From an uncultured Candidatus Saccharibacteria bacterium (GTDB lineage Bacteria > Patescibacteriota > Minisyncoccia > UBA6257 > GWB1-50-10), in assembly GCA_964365955.1 (NCBI GenBank), contig CAYISA010000005.1, positions 751 through 64,750 on the forward strand: a DNA stretch of 64,000 nt, read 5' to 3'. Made by a program: the position numbers and the translations under genes. How positions within the stretch are numbered: position 1 is the stretch's first letter; each line of letters opens with the position of its first letter. The notes beneath the pieces were generated by a model that was not told where the DNA came from, made no database searches, and saw nothing but the letters and a program-made list of their open reading frames with translations. Below, piece by piece: positions 38,281-48,419 of this stretch.

Positions 38281-39387
38281 CTACAACTTGATTGGCATCA
38301 AAACGTAGACGAGTGATGCGTCATGTGATGAGCGGATCAGCGCCGGGCGTCCGGGCGTCGCCCCGATCACAATTTCGCTTTCTGCATAAATACGGAGGCC
38401 GTCTAAAATATATTTCCAGTTGAAGATTGCGGAAAAAGCGCCGCCTTTTATTTTTGCCGGAACTTTGTATCGGTTCTCCCCTAAAGCCCCGTCCGCCGAA
38501 TGCAGTTCTAAAAAGTTCTTCCCGTCTTTGACGTTCATGGAAATCCCCTGCGTTCGTCCCGCAAACGCGGCTGTGAGTTTTATTGCGTTAATCATTTCTT
38601 CACGATCCACCGTGAGCTCGTTTTCCACTTCTTTTGGAATCACTCCTTGATACTCTGGAAAATTACCATCAATGAGACGCGAAATAATTTGTCCTGCCGG
38701 CATCTTAAACAGGACTTGGTTTGGGTCGATAAAAATCTCTACCAGAACGTCGTTTTTCCCGAGCACGCGCAATAATTCTTCGATTGTTTTTTTGGGAATA
38801 ATCATGGAAATGGCCTCGAAAGAAGTTTCGATCTCTTTCGCTAGGACGCGCTTTTCGACAAGTCGAAAGCTGTCGGTTCCCACGAAAACCAGCGAGTCTT
38901 TTTCGTATTTGAACAACACGCCGCTGATTTCGGGCCGTATTTCGGAATACTGGACAGCGGCGGAAACGGCAGATAGGGCGTCACGGAGAATGCTGGAATT
39001 GATCTTAAAAAAATGTTTTGTGTCGTGCACAGAAGGAATGAGCGGGAAATCTTTAGGGTTATTTCCCTGAATCTCTGCTTCGTAATTATCCGTGGTAATC
39101 GTGATTTTTTTGCCTTCTTCGTTTATCGAAACGCGTTCCGATAAAATATTTTTTACAATGGAATTTAGAAGTAAAAATGGAATGGAGCATTCCCCATCTT
39201 CGATTATTTTACCCGGAACCGTGCTTTGCGTCGCAATCTCTAAATCAGTTGTCGTAAGAAGAATTTTGTTTTCAAATGCCCGCAACAAAACACTTTTTAA
39301 AATCGGAAGGTTTGCGTTCATTCCAACGGAGTGTTCTACGGCGGAAAGACTTTCCACAAGATTGTTTCGGAGTAGTACTAGTTTCAT
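38281..39387 (-). CDS. dnaN: DNA polymerase III beta sliding clamp.
   Basis: Three-domain clamp; N-terminus MKLVLLRNNL. Confidence 0.88.
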   Translation of the reverse strand: MKLVLLRNNLVESLSAVEHSVGMNANLPILKSVLLRAFENKILLTTTDLEIATQSTVPGKIIEDGECSIPFLLLNSIVKNILSERVSINEEGKKITITTDNYEAEIQGNNPKDFPLIPSVHDTKHFFKINSSILRDALSAVSAAVQYSEIRPEISGVLFKYEKDSLVFVGTDSFRLVEKRVLAKEIETSFEAISMIIPKKTIEELLRVLGKNDVLVEIFIDPNQVLFKMPAGQIISRLIDGNFPEYQGVIPKEVENELTVDREEMINAIKLTAAFAGRTQGISMNVKDGKNFLELHSADGALGENRYKVPAKIKGGAFSAIFNWKYILDGLRIYAESEIVIGATPGRPALIRSSHDASLVYVLMPIKL

Positions 39388-39565
39388 ATAGATATAAAGA
39401 TAGTAGTAATAGAACTAAGAGTGTGGATATGTGGAAAACAAAATCCGTCCTTTAAACAGAAGAGTTTTTAAAAGAAGCGGCATTTTATATTCCGTGGATA
39501 ACGTGGGATAAAATACTATGGATTTTCGAGAACGGGTAAAAAAAGCTATTTTTTTCCACATGTTG
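39388..39565. other. Candidate oriC segment (DnaA-box cluster in the dnaA-dnaN spacer).
   Basis: TGTGGATAT (39422-39430), cGTGGATAA (39493-39501) and TTtTCCACA (39552-39560) are each one mismatch from TTATCCACA. There are AT-rich stretches between them. Confidence 0.5.
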
Positions 39566-41032
39566 TTAAGATTTATATAACCGTTCTTTTATCAGCATGA
39601 TTTTTTGGTTCAATCCCGGATTTTGATTAGTTTCCCTTGCGATTTTCTCGTAAGCATGAATCGCGGTAGTGTGATCTCGCTTTCCCAGTTTTTCCCCAAT
39701 GTGAGGATAGGAAAGTTTCAACATGTCCCGAAGAAGAAACATCGCAATTTGGCGCGGCTCCACGATTTCCTGTTTCCGGCTGCGTTCCGTGAGGTCGGAC
39801 ACAGGAACCTCGAAAAAGTCGGCCACCGTACGTATCACGTCTCCCGCGGAGATGTTTTTTGCGCTTACTTGTGAAGTCTCCGTTATCATTTCGTCCAATT
39901 TTTTCATATCGATATCCGCGTGTTTGTATTGCTGATAAAAGACAATCTTATTCAAAACCCCTTCGAGTTCGCGTATACTCCTTTGAACCTTTGAGGCTAT
40001 ATGTTCCAACGTTTTTTCGGGGACTGACCACCCCTTTTCTTGCGTTTTCGCTTTTAAAATAGCGAGACGCATTTCGTATTCCGGGTATTGGATGTCCGCC
40101 ACCATGCTGGCCTGGAAGCGCGACCGAAGGCGTTCCTCAAGAGTTGCGATCGCGGCCGGAGGCCGATCGGAAGAAATAATAATTTGTTTGTTGTTTTCGT
40201 GAAGCGCGTTGAACGTGTGAAAAAATTCCATCTCGGTTGCAGGCTTTCCGCCAATGAACTGAATATCGTCGACAATCAAAACATCGACGTTCCGATATTT
40301 ACGTTTCATATCTTCCATCCGTTTATTTTTTACGGACCACACAACGTCATTCACGAACTTTTCCGATGTGGTGTAAAGAACCTTTGTTCTCCCGCCGTAT
40401 TCTTTTTGAATTGCATTTCCCGCGGATTGAATGAGATGGGTTTTCCCGACGCCCGTCCCCCCGTAAATAAAAAGCGGATTGTATTTTGTTCCCACATCTT
40501 TAATGACGGCAAGAATGGCGGCGTGCGCAAGTTCGTTGGAGGACCCCACGACAAACGATTCCAACGTGTAGCGAGGGTTGAGATTGGAAATAGGGTCCAC
40601 TTTTAGTTCCGTGATGGGAAGCTGCGTTCTTTCTTCCACCAAAGAAGCTTGCGGAGACAACGGTTTTATTTTTGCGGTTTTTATAAATGTCGCCGCCTGA
40701 CTAAGCACCGTATAATTGACGTGCTTGATCGAAGTGTCGAGATTACGGAGGGAACCCAAGATGATTTTATGATAGCGGTTCTTTACCCACTCTTTCGCGA
40801 AGTTATTCGGAAGCCCGACGAACGCGATCCCCTCCTTTTCGTTTTTAGCGAGGAGCTCGCTATTTTTCATCCACGTGAGAAAATTAGGACGAGAAATCTG
40901 AAGTTCGATTTCTCCGAGTGCCGACTTCCACAAATCCTTGTTTTCCATTGGGTGCGTGTAATGAGTTTGAAAATTTTTCTGATGTTCGGCAATTTTTATG
41001 GACGCAAGTCCTCCCTCCGCTTGTATACTCAT
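39566..41032 (-). CDS. dnaA: Chromosomal replication initiator DnaA.
   Basis: AAA+ Walker A GGTGVGKTHL and the C-terminal DnaA-box-binding HTH. Confidence 0.93.
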   Translation of the reverse strand: MSIQAEGGLASIKIAEHQKNFQTHYTHPMENKDLWKSALGEIELQISRPNFLTWMKNSELLAKNEKEGIAFVGLPNNFAKEWVKNRYHKIILGSLRNLDTSIKHVNYTVLSQAATFIKTAKIKPLSPQASLVEERTQLPITELKVDPISNLNPRYTLESFVVGSSNELAHAAILAVIKDVGTKYNPLFIYGGTGVGKTHLIQSAGNAIQKEYGGRTKVLYTTSEKFVNDVVWSVKNKRMEDMKRKYRNVDVLIVDDIQFIGGKPATEMEFFHTFNALHENNKQIIISSDRPPAAIATLEERLRSRFQASMVADIQYPEYEMRLAILKAKTQEKGWSVPEKTLEHIASKVQRSIRELEGVLNKIVFYQQYKHADIDMKKLDEMITETSQVSAKNISAGDVIRTVADFFEVPVSDLTERSRKQEIVEPRQIAMFLLRDMLKLSYPHIGEKLGKRDHTTAIHAYEKIARETNQNPGLNQKIMLIKERLYKS

Positions 41033-41165
41033 AGTACGAATATTTTACTCCATCGCAAGATTGAGGGAAGAGTTCGTTTGTGTCTTAATTGTGCACGACA
41101 GGTGAACAACTCGTTTTAAGAAAAAAGTTGCGCCCGTCCGCAGGGCATAGTACAATCACTTCCAT

Positions 41166-41300
41166 ATGAGCGTTACCTATCAACCGAAAAAGAAGAAACG
41201 CCGCAGAACGCATGGTTTTTTAGCGCGGAAAAGAACTCCGGGAGGGCGCGCCGCGATAAAACGAAGAAGGCAAAAAGGACGGAAACGGCTTTCCGTCTAA
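41166..41300 (+). CDS. rpmH: 50S ribosomal protein L34.
   Basis: 44 aa: [44 protein letters not shown]. Absent from the ORF track because it is under 60 aa. Confidence 0.85.
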   Translation: MSVTYQPKKKKRRRTHGFLARKRTPGGRAAIKRRRQKGRKRLSV

Positions 41301-41307
41301 CGAAACC

Positions 41308-41562
41308 GTGGTCATCACCCTTAAAAAAGTTGTTTCAAAAACCGCGAAGAATCGGTGCGTGATTATTGTTGGGAAAAACGTCGAAAAAAAAGCGACAGGG
41401 AGAAATAAAATTAAAAGGCGCCTACGGGCAATTCTCCGCCCCCTTCTCGCAAGACAGGAAAAAGGACAAGGAGTACGTGTCGTGGTAAAACCGGGAGCAA
41501 CAGCGATGACTTTCCGGATATTGAAACAAGAAGTAGAGAGCAGCTTTGACTCCGCGAAGTAA
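41308..41562 (+). CDS. rnpA: RNase P protein component (GTG start).
   Basis: Basic 84-aa protein in the canonical rpmH-rnpA position. Confidence 0.8.
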   Translation: MVITLKKVVSKTAKNRCVIIVGKNVEKKATGRNKIKRRLRAILRPLLARQEKGQGVRVVVKPGATAMTFRILKQEVESSFDSAK

Positions 41563-41571
41563 TAAAAATAT

Positions 41572-42267
41572 ATGGCAGGATTTTTTAATACGATCATCTA
41601 TCAACCCATTCTGGCGCTTCTCGTCTGGATTTATCAGACGGTGGCGTTCCATGATTTGGGAATCGCGATCGTTGTTCTCACTGTTTTGGTGCGCGTCGTT
41701 CTGTTCCCTGTTTTTAACAAAGGGAGCCGCGATCAAACAATCATGCAGCATTTGCAGCCGCACGTTAAAAAAATTCAACTGGATCATAAAGACGAAAAAG
41801 AAATACAAGCAAAGAAACTGATGGAGTTGTATTCCCGCCACAAAGTTAATCCCTTGTCGGGATTTTTGCTTCTCATTGTGCAGTTGCCGGTGTTTATCGC
41901 CCTGTTTGAAATTTTCAGAAAAGAACTCGGCGGAGCAATGTTCGCTTCGCAAATGTTTCTAGGGTTTATGAATCTTGGAGAAAAAAGTATTGTGATCGCG
42001 ATTATTGCAGCACTGGCGCAGTATATTCAAGGGAAAATTAGTCTTCCGAAAACGCAACCCTCAATGGATTCCAAAAACCCTCTCGCTTCTATGGGGAAAA
42101 CAATGGTGTATATAGGTCCCGCTCTCACATTTGGAATTTTGATGGGACTGCCTGCGGCGATCGGACTGTACTGGATCGTGTCTTCACTGTTTTCAATCGC
42201 ACAACAGATGTACATCAATAAAAAGATGCCAGCATTCGAAGACCTTGAAAAACCGAGTAAAAGCTGA
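41572..42267 (+). CDS. yidC: Membrane protein insertase YidC (short form).
   Basis: Five-TM YidC/Oxa1 core in the canonical position after rnpA. Confidence 0.85.
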   Translation: MAGFFNTIIYQPILALLVWIYQTVAFHDLGIAIVVLTVLVRVVLFPVFNKGSRDQTIMQHLQPHVKKIQLDHKDEKEIQAKKLMELYSRHKVNPLSGFLLLIVQLPVFIALFEIFRKELGGAMFASQMFLGFMNLGEKSIVIAIIAALAQYIQGKISLPKTQPSMDSKNPLASMGKTMVYIGPALTFGILMGLPAAIGLYWIVSSLFSIAQQMYINKKMPAFEDLEKPSKS

Positions 42268-42279
42268 TAAAAAAGGACC

Positions 42280-42708
42280 ATGGATACGATCATAAGCAAA
42301 GCAAAAGAAATGCTCCATTATATGGGGTTTTCCGATGCAGAAATAACCTTCGATGAAGCACATCGTAGAATTTCCGTGGTGGTCACGGACAAAGTAGTCG
42401 AGGACAGTACCGCGCTATTTCTGGCCGCTATAGATCACATTATTAATCTAATGTTAAAAAAAGCGGAGTTGCCGATGTATATCGTGGACGTGAATTTCTA
42501 TCGGAAAGAGCGGGAACGATTGATTTCGGAACTCGCCCGCGCAGCGGCAAAAAAAGCGATGATCACAAAAACAGACGTGGAGCTTCCTCCGATGAATTCG
42601 TATGAGCGGAGGCTGGTGCATGTGGAAATAACTACGCACCCGGAACTGATGACGGAGAGCGGCGGCATCGGAAAAGAGCGCCATGTAATCATAAAACACG
42701 TTGTATAA
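42280..42708 (+). CDS. Jag/KhpB-like RNA-binding protein (KH/R3H).
   Basis: C-terminal R3H-like ELPPMNSYERRLVHVEI motif; canonical position after yidC. Confidence 0.75.
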   Translation: MDTIISKAKEMLHYMGFSDAEITFDEAHRRISVVVTDKVVEDSTALFLAAIDHIINLMLKKAELPMYIVDVNFYRKERERLISELARAAAKKAMITKTDVELPPMNSYERRLVHVEITTHPELMTESGGIGKERHVIIKHVV

Positions 42709-42731
42709 AATAACCCCTCCGATCGGCGGAG

Positions 42732-43898
42732 TTATTGTGATGCGAGGGAAAGTTCGTAAAGAAATCCGTCGTAACGGTTAATAAAATACAATTTTCCGGC
42801 GCGGGCGGTAACGTGTGAAGCGTCGATTGCCGGGAATGTTTCGCTAAGACTTGTAAAAATCTTTTCCGTTCCCGTGTCTTCGCTTGCCGAATAAAGATCG
42901 TCAACCGTGTAGAATTTTCGCATGAGGTAATCATCGGGAATGGTTGCCGGATTTTCTTTTGTCGAGAGCTCGCGGGGAACGAAACAGTAAACCGAAGAGC
43001 TTGCATAAGCCGCGCATTTCGAAGGAAACGTCGTGAAGATCACGGGAGTTTGGAGTCCCATTCTTTCGTCAAGAATCGAAAACTGGTTGGGGGAAAAGAA
43101 CATAAAAAGTGTTTTGAACGTATCGTCCCATCCGACCGTAAGCCCCCGCTCCCCCTGAACCAAAAGCGAGAGTTCTTGTGTTTTTAGATTCAGGCGCCAC
43201 AAACGCCCGTTTTGCAGGAACGACGGTTTTTCCGCGATAAGAAGCGTGCCGGGCGACTGTGGGATAAAATGAACGTCTGTAAGCCGAAAATCTTTTATAA
43301 CCGTAACATATTGGACGGGTGTGCGCGTATAGTCGAATGTCGCAAGAGACGGCAGACCGCCCGCCTGAACGATGCCCACAATCTCGTTTGTTTTTGTTCC
43401 CCATGCCGCCTCTTTTACTTCAGCCGGCAGGGGTCTCCACACCTTGTCCTGCGCGTCAAATACCCCCCATGAAGGCGTGAGCGGGCTTCCGAATGCCACC
43501 AGCACGCGCGTCCCGTCCGTGTTCGGGATTACGCGATTTAGCGTAGAGATGGTTTCCGTGGACACTTCAAGGTCGGGTCCGGATTTTGCGGACGCGATTT
43601 TCCCGTCGGGTTTGAAATAAAATACGTCTTCTCCGTTTTTCAAAACCCAGTAATCAAAAATAGGAACGTCCGAGATGCGGCGCAACACCGTTCCGCCTGC
43701 ACCCTTCATTTCTGCAGGGTATTCCTTTATCGGGGGCGCGGTGGGCGCAAACGGAAGCGATGATGTAGAAGAAGATTCGGAGGGAGGAACAATCGGCTCG
43801 CTTAACGCCTTCCAGACAAAATAACCCAAAAGAGCCACAAAGATTATTCCTACCGCTATAATTGTTATTTTAAATGAAAAGCGCATAAAGTTTAGCAA
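42732..43898 (-). CDS. Membrane-anchored protein of unknown function (last gene of the T4SS-like operon).
   Basis: N-terminal TM segment with a Ser/Pro linker. Its start overlaps the upstream pilin-like gene by 7 nt. Confidence 0.4.
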   Translation of the reverse strand: MLNFMRFSFKITIIAVGIIFVALLGYFVWKALSEPIVPPSESSSTSSLPFAPTAPPIKEYPAEMKGAGGTVLRRISDVPIFDYWVLKNGEDVFYFKPDGKIASAKSGPDLEVSTETISTLNRVIPNTDGTRVLVAFGSPLTPSWGVFDAQDKVWRPLPAEVKEAAWGTKTNEIVGIVQAGGLPSLATFDYTRTPVQYVTVIKDFRLTDVHFIPQSPGTLLIAEKPSFLQNGRLWRLNLKTQELSLLVQGERGLTVGWDDTFKTLFMFFSPNQFSILDERMGLQTPVIFTTFPSKCAAYASSSVYCFVPRELSTKENPATIPDDYLMRKFYTVDDLYSASEDTGTEKIFTSLSETFPAIDASHVTARAGKLYFINRYDGFLYELSLASQ

Positions 43899-44875
43899 GG
43901 ACGGATGTCATTTTGAATATCGGTCATTTCCGTGTCATTGTATAGATCGCAGTATCCAGTTACGGGATTACAGTTTGCTTCAGGAGAAGTTTGAGTCCCT
44001 CCTCTACCCGACGCTTGTAGTGGTTTTCTCCACGCATAGATAATACACCGAGCCCCCGTTTTGTTCGTATCACTCATTTTATAATAAGGATAGGTCCAAA
44101 CTAAGGAGTATGTTGGAATTTTTTCTTCATTCTCGGCATAAAAATCTTCATATATGGGTAGATTATCAGTAACACCGCCAAGTACATTTCCATAATTATT
44201 TCCTTCACCTTGTCTAAAAATATCACCAGACAAAGGACGAATTCCATGTGTTCCCATCCTCGTTCCGTCTAAATCTAAAGTGAGAATTATTTTCCCAGGG
44301 CATGTTGTAGTAGCCATCACGGTTCTGGGGCAAGCAATGGCTGATGGAACACACCCGCCGCAAGTCGCGCTCTGTTGCGTGCCCGGAGTGGTACAAATAT
44401 CCACGCATACTGATGGAGTATCTAAATACTCACCGGTTGGACCCTTTGGATTGCAACGATATTGTCTAGCAGGACATGCCAAAGAAGGGTCTTCGCGTAC
44501 GCTAAGCGTTTTAAGCTGCGGATTTACGGTATTCAGGATAAGCACCGCTCCGAAAAGAAGCGCCACACCCCAGAGTGCAGAAAAAATCATGTCTTTTGCA
44601 TCATTTTGAACATCCGGTTTTCCCGCAGAGGTTGCATAACGAATACCTCCCGCGACGATCATAAGCATTGCGAGCGCGCCGGAAATCCAGAGCGCAAACG
44701 TATAAAAATTCTGAATGTATTCCGCGATGGGATTGGTGTTTTTTGAAAATCCGGCATTCGGATTCGCGAAGCTTAAATCGATATTCGTTGCTCCAAATGC
44801 GGGCAGGACAAAACCGAGCGCCAGGATTCCTACATTCGCTATCAAAAACCATTTTGCGATTTTTTTGAGCGTCAT
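43892..44875 (-). CDS. VirB2/TrbC-like pilin-topology protein with a long Cys-rich C-terminal extension.
   Basis: Signal peptide ...PAFGA, then two hydrophobic helices separated by the short polar loop GGIRYATSAGKPDVQ (TrbC/VirB2 topology). Then ~200 aa containing 14 or more Cys. Confidence 0.45.
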   Translation of the reverse strand: MTLKKIAKWFLIANVGILALGFVLPAFGATNIDLSFANPNAGFSKNTNPIAEYIQNFYTFALWISGALAMLMIVAGGIRYATSAGKPDVQNDAKDMIFSALWGVALLFGAVLILNTVNPQLKTLSVREDPSLACPARQYRCNPKGPTGEYLDTPSVCVDICTTPGTQQSATCGGCVPSAIACPRTVMATTTCPGKIILTLDLDGTRMGTHGIRPLSGDIFRQGEGNNYGNVLGGVTDNLPIYEDFYAENEEKIPTYSLVWTYPYYKMSDTNKTGARCIIYAWRKPLQASGRGGTQTSPEANCNPVTGYCDLYNDTEMTDIQNDIRPC

Positions 44876-44878
44876 AAG

Positions 44879-45604
44879 TTATTGTATGGTTAATTGAAAA
44901 CGTTCCTGCGCGAACTCCAACGGGTTCGAAAGATTTTGTGCTAAAAGATTTATTTGGAGCGTCCTGTCGTATTCTGACGCAGGTGTTCCGACGCCAAGCG
45001 AAAGCGTATTTTCCCCTTGCGCTTTTTTCTGCTCGCCGTTAATAGTCCAGGTAAAGTAAAGATCGTTCAATGTTTTGATATTCCAGAAAAAAGGAAATGC
45101 CTCGAGTAAAAAACGACTCTGCGACGCTACGATTTCGAGAGGCAATGGGATGTTTGCAACGATTTGGGGCGAAAGGACGGGAACCTGGAGAGAAATTTCC
45201 CGGATGTTCTCTTGGTCCATGAGACGCGCTGTCGCTTTTATTGTGACGGTTTCACCCGCGATAGATTTAGGCGTGAAAAGAATTTCTTTTTTTCCATCGC
45301 CACGGTCCATAAGTTTATCATTTATGAACCACGTAATGGTTACGCGCGACAGATCTAAAAATTTTCCGCCGCGAAGTGCTTCCAAGGACGCGGTGATCGG
45401 CGTCCCTGCCGTAGGAAACACCTTTCCTTCAAAAAACGACGGATAGAAGTTATTTGCTCTCCAGGTAAGAAAAAACTGGGTTGGGGGGGGTGTTTGAGCG
45501 CGCGCTGTGTGAAGAATTCCCCCAGCCAAGAAAACGGCTGTCCCCAAAAAGAGCGCGGCGAAAGAAAAAATTAAAAATTTCATAGGTGACTTCTTATTCA
45601 TCAT
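44879..45604 (-). CDS. Secreted protein of unknown function.
   Basis: Signal peptide; no recognised family. Confidence 0.4.
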   Translation of the reverse strand: MMNKKSPMKFLIFSFAALFLGTAVFLAGGILHTARAQTPPPTQFFLTWRANNFYPSFFEGKVFPTAGTPITASLEALRGGKFLDLSRVTITWFINDKLMDRGDGKKEILFTPKSIAGETVTIKATARLMDQENIREISLQVPVLSPQIVANIPLPLEIVASQSRFLLEAFPFFWNIKTLNDLYFTWTINGEQKKAQGENTLSLGVGTPASEYDRTLQINLLAQNLSNPLEFAQERFQLTIQ

Positions 45605-45987
45605 ACAACAGTTTTCGTTGCGATTTTAGCGGCAGGACCGCCTTTAGCCGCCACTTTTTCTGTGATAGCCGCTAATTTCGGATTGTTGTGGATAAATACC
45701 TCGATAAGAAAGGGAATGGTTATGGTAAACGCGGTAATGATAATCGGAGTTACCGGAAGAAGATTTAAACCATATTTAAGAATCTGTTTGCCAAGTTTTG
45801 TAGCATTGGGATCACCTTTGCTTCTAAACCACATGGTGATGGCGAATGTAGCAAATCCTTGGATGACAGGAGCGATGATAACTCCAACTCCCGTGATATC
45901 AATAAGAATACTTATTCCATCGACGCCGAGCGCAAAGAATGTTCCGATGATTATCTCACCCGCCCCAAATTTTTTATGTTCATCCAT
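45601..45987 (-). CDS. Small polytopic membrane protein.
   Basis: Three to four hydrophobic helices; 4-nt overlap with the next gene. Confidence 0.4.
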   Translation of the reverse strand: MDEHKKFGAGEIIIGTFFALGVDGISILIDITGVGVIIAPVIQGFATFAITMWFRSKGDPNATKLGKQILKYGLNLLPVTPIIITAFTITIPFLIEVFIHNNPKLAAITEKVAAKGGPAAKIATKTVV

Positions 45988-46001
45988 ATTCTCTTAATAG
46001 A

Positions 46002-47774
46002 TCATTTTTGTTCTTTGGCGTTTTCTTCAAGCCCTTTAATCTCAAGCATCTGTTCGGGGTTTGTAGTGACAATCTGATCCTCGGTGTAAGACGCCACCAC
46101 TTTAATGGCAACGTGTTTTAAGCCGGCAAAAAAGAGTCCTTCGCCGACCCCCGCCTCCAAAAGAAGTGTCCGTTCCCCTTCTGTCAGGTCAAACGCTTTC
46201 CCGACCGCCTCGATCGATGTTGGCGATTGTTTCAGAAGAAATTGCAAGGATGAGTTGGTGATAATCGGGCGGCCGTAATCCGATTTGATAAAATCTTCCA
46301 CGTCTTGGGTGATGGTGGTAATGCCCAAGAAATATTTTCGCGCGCGTTTCACCAGTCCGAACAAAAACGACGCGCTGTCTTTGTACTTCATCATCCACCA
46401 CGCCTCGTCAATGATTAAGAGTCGGCGTTTCAGTTGCGATCGAACAATGCTCCACACGAAGTTCAGGACGATATACATAGCAATCGGACGGAGTTCTTCT
46501 TCAAGGTCCCGAATCGAAAAAACAATCAACCGATTTTTAATATCGATGTTGGTGGGTGCATTGGTGAATCCCGCATAAGAACCATGCGTAAATTTTTCAA
46601 GGCGCTGCGCCATACTCTGTGCACCGGCGGAATTTTGCAGAATCACCTGCAAATCTTCAAGAAGCGGCGGATTCATTTCTTTGTTCAGGCCGAAATTTTC
46701 CGCCGTAATATCACGCGACGCGTAGGTTTCGGTAATCGCGCGGTCCAAAATCGCGTCTTCTTCCGGCGTTACGGCAGTGAGCATCAGTTTTAAAAGACCC
46801 GTCAAGTTTAGCACATGTGATTTAAACACGTCGCCGGGTTCTTCGCCTTCCGGAATCACGGGAATGTCGAATGGGTTGATGTGGTTCGGCGACGTAAGTG
46901 AGATTTTAAAATAGCTTCCGCCGATCGCGTTCGAGAGATTCGCATACTCATTTTCTGGATCAATCACAATCACATCCGTTCCCATCATCATGGAACGCAG
47001 GATTTCTAGTTTGGTCGTGTAGGATTTTCCGGAACCGGATTTTGCGAAGACCACGGAATTTGCGTTTTCAAGCGAGAACCGGTCAAAAATAATCAAACTA
47101 TTGTTATGCATATTGACCCCGTACAAAATTCCTTTGTCGGATGTGAGATCAGGCGAAACAAAAGGAAAAATAGAGGCGGCGGGACCGCTATTCAAAGGCG
47201 TGGTGACTTGAAGCGCATCTTCTCCTTGCGGGAGCGCGGAGCGGAAACCCTCGAGTTGGCGGAAGAGCGATTGCTTGATGTATACCAGGCGGGACTCCAG
47301 CATGTTTTCCACTGTATTTTGAAGTTTATTTAACTCTTCTAACGTGCGGCCGTAGATAGTGATATAGATTCCCACACTGAAGAGTTTTTCCCGCGCTTGT
47401 TGTAAAGCGTCTCGGAGCGTTTCCACGTCCTGAAACGCGGTTTCAAGCTGGGGATCGCGCACTAATCCTTTTTCATCGCGTTCGGAAAGTTCTGCTTGGA
47501 ACTGCGTGACTTTTTTGCGGAGATTCTTGAGAGCCAAGCTTGTATCCATAGGATGCACGAAAATCGAAACATCCATCATTTCGGGCAGGTTAATGATCGG
47601 AGAAAACCAACCGGTCGAGATAAAGCGGGGATAAGTGAATACAAACATCGAGCGCGCGAAAAAGTCCCCTATTTTTATGAAATTCGGGCTTATTTCGAGT
47701 CCCGCGGGCGCGATCACATTCGGAAGGTCCTCGGGGGATGCCTGATATTCTTTGGGGATAGAAAGAGAAGACAT
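46002..47774 (-). CDS. VirB4/TrbE/TraC-family conjugation-type ATPase (C-terminal 590 aa).
   Basis: Walker A VVFAKSGSGKSYTTK and Walker B LLIIDEAWWMMK (the DEAW signature of VirB4-like ATPases). The conserved linker region IKIGDFFARSMFVFTYPRF is present. Confidence 0.8.
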   Translation of the reverse strand: MSSLSIPKEYQASPEDLPNVIAPAGLEISPNFIKIGDFFARSMFVFTYPRFISTGWFSPIINLPEMMDVSIFVHPMDTSLALKNLRKKVTQFQAELSERDEKGLVRDPQLETAFQDVETLRDALQQAREKLFSVGIYITIYGRTLEELNKLQNTVENMLESRLVYIKQSLFRQLEGFRSALPQGEDALQVTTPLNSGPAASIFPFVSPDLTSDKGILYGVNMHNNSLIIFDRFSLENANSVVFAKSGSGKSYTTKLEILRSMMMGTDVIVIDPENEYANLSNAIGGSYFKISLTSPNHINPFDIPVIPEGEEPGDVFKSHVLNLTGLLKLMLTAVTPEEDAILDRAITETYASRDITAENFGLNKEMNPPLLEDLQVILQNSAGAQSMAQRLEKFTHGSYAGFTNAPTNIDIKNRLIVFSIRDLEEELRPIAMYIVLNFVWSIVRSQLKRRLLIIDEAWWMMKYKDSASFLFGLVKRARKYFLGITTITQDVEDFIKSDYGRPIITNSSLQFLLKQSPTSIEAVGKAFDLTEGERTLLLEAGVGEGLFFAGLKHVAIKVVASYTEDQIVTTNPEQMLEIKGLEENAKEQK

Positions 47775-47777
47775 AAA

Positions 47778-48419
47778 TTATTTTTTTGCGACCTCGATTC
47801 CTTTCTTTTCGACCAGCCCGGGATTGTAAAGATTATAGAAAAGCTCGATCAGTTCCGCGTCTTCCAAGGGTGCCGCCCGAAGACCGATTAATTCGAGTCC
47901 GCTCACCACCTGATCCACGCGATGGGTGAGCTGCTCCAGATTGTTCTGTAGGTTCGCTTTCTGCTCCGTGGAAGACGTTTTTTGAAACAGTCCAAAGAGT
48001 CCCGCGCCCGAACTGCCGGACGAAAGCGACGGAGGATCATACGGCACCACCGTAAAAAATGTCTTATTGATAATCGCATTTTGATCCACAAATGTGCGGA
48101 TAAATTCGGCATATTCGTCAATCTGGATTTTCAGGAGTTCGTTTTCTTCCTCTTCTTTCCGCTTTTTTACCCGCGCGAGATAATCGTCAATGTTCATTTT
48201 ACGCGAGTGGATGAGAAACTGTAGTGAAAAGTCGAGTGAGTTTAAGAAATTTTGGAACGTATTCAGGATAAGCGTTTGTTCTTCTTCGGATTTCAGATCG
48301 AAATTTACGCCGCTCACGATAATAATCTGGCGCAAACCGCCGTTTTTGAGGTACACAATCCCCTCTTTTATGTTTTTTACGTCTACAAATTTTTGTGTGG
48401 GGAGTGTAGGTTCCGACAT
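47778..48419 (-). CDS. VirB4 N-terminal-domain-like protein (213 aa), in frame with the ATPase ORF across a single TAA.
   Basis: The N-terminus resembles the start of Gram-positive-type VirB4 proteins (…VDVKNIKEGIVYLKNGGLRQIIIVSGVNFDLKSEEEQ…FLNSLDF…). This recognition is from memory only. Confidence 0.5.
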   Translation of the reverse strand: MSEPTLPTQKFVDVKNIKEGIVYLKNGGLRQIIIVSGVNFDLKSEEEQTLILNTFQNFLNSLDFSLQFLIHSRKMNIDDYLARVKKRKEEEENELLKIQIDEYAEFIRTFVDQNAIINKTFFTVVPYDPPSLSSGSSGAGLFGLFQKTSSTEQKANLQNNLEQLTHRVDQVVSGLELIGLRAAPLEDAELIELFYNLYNPGLVEKKGIEVAKK

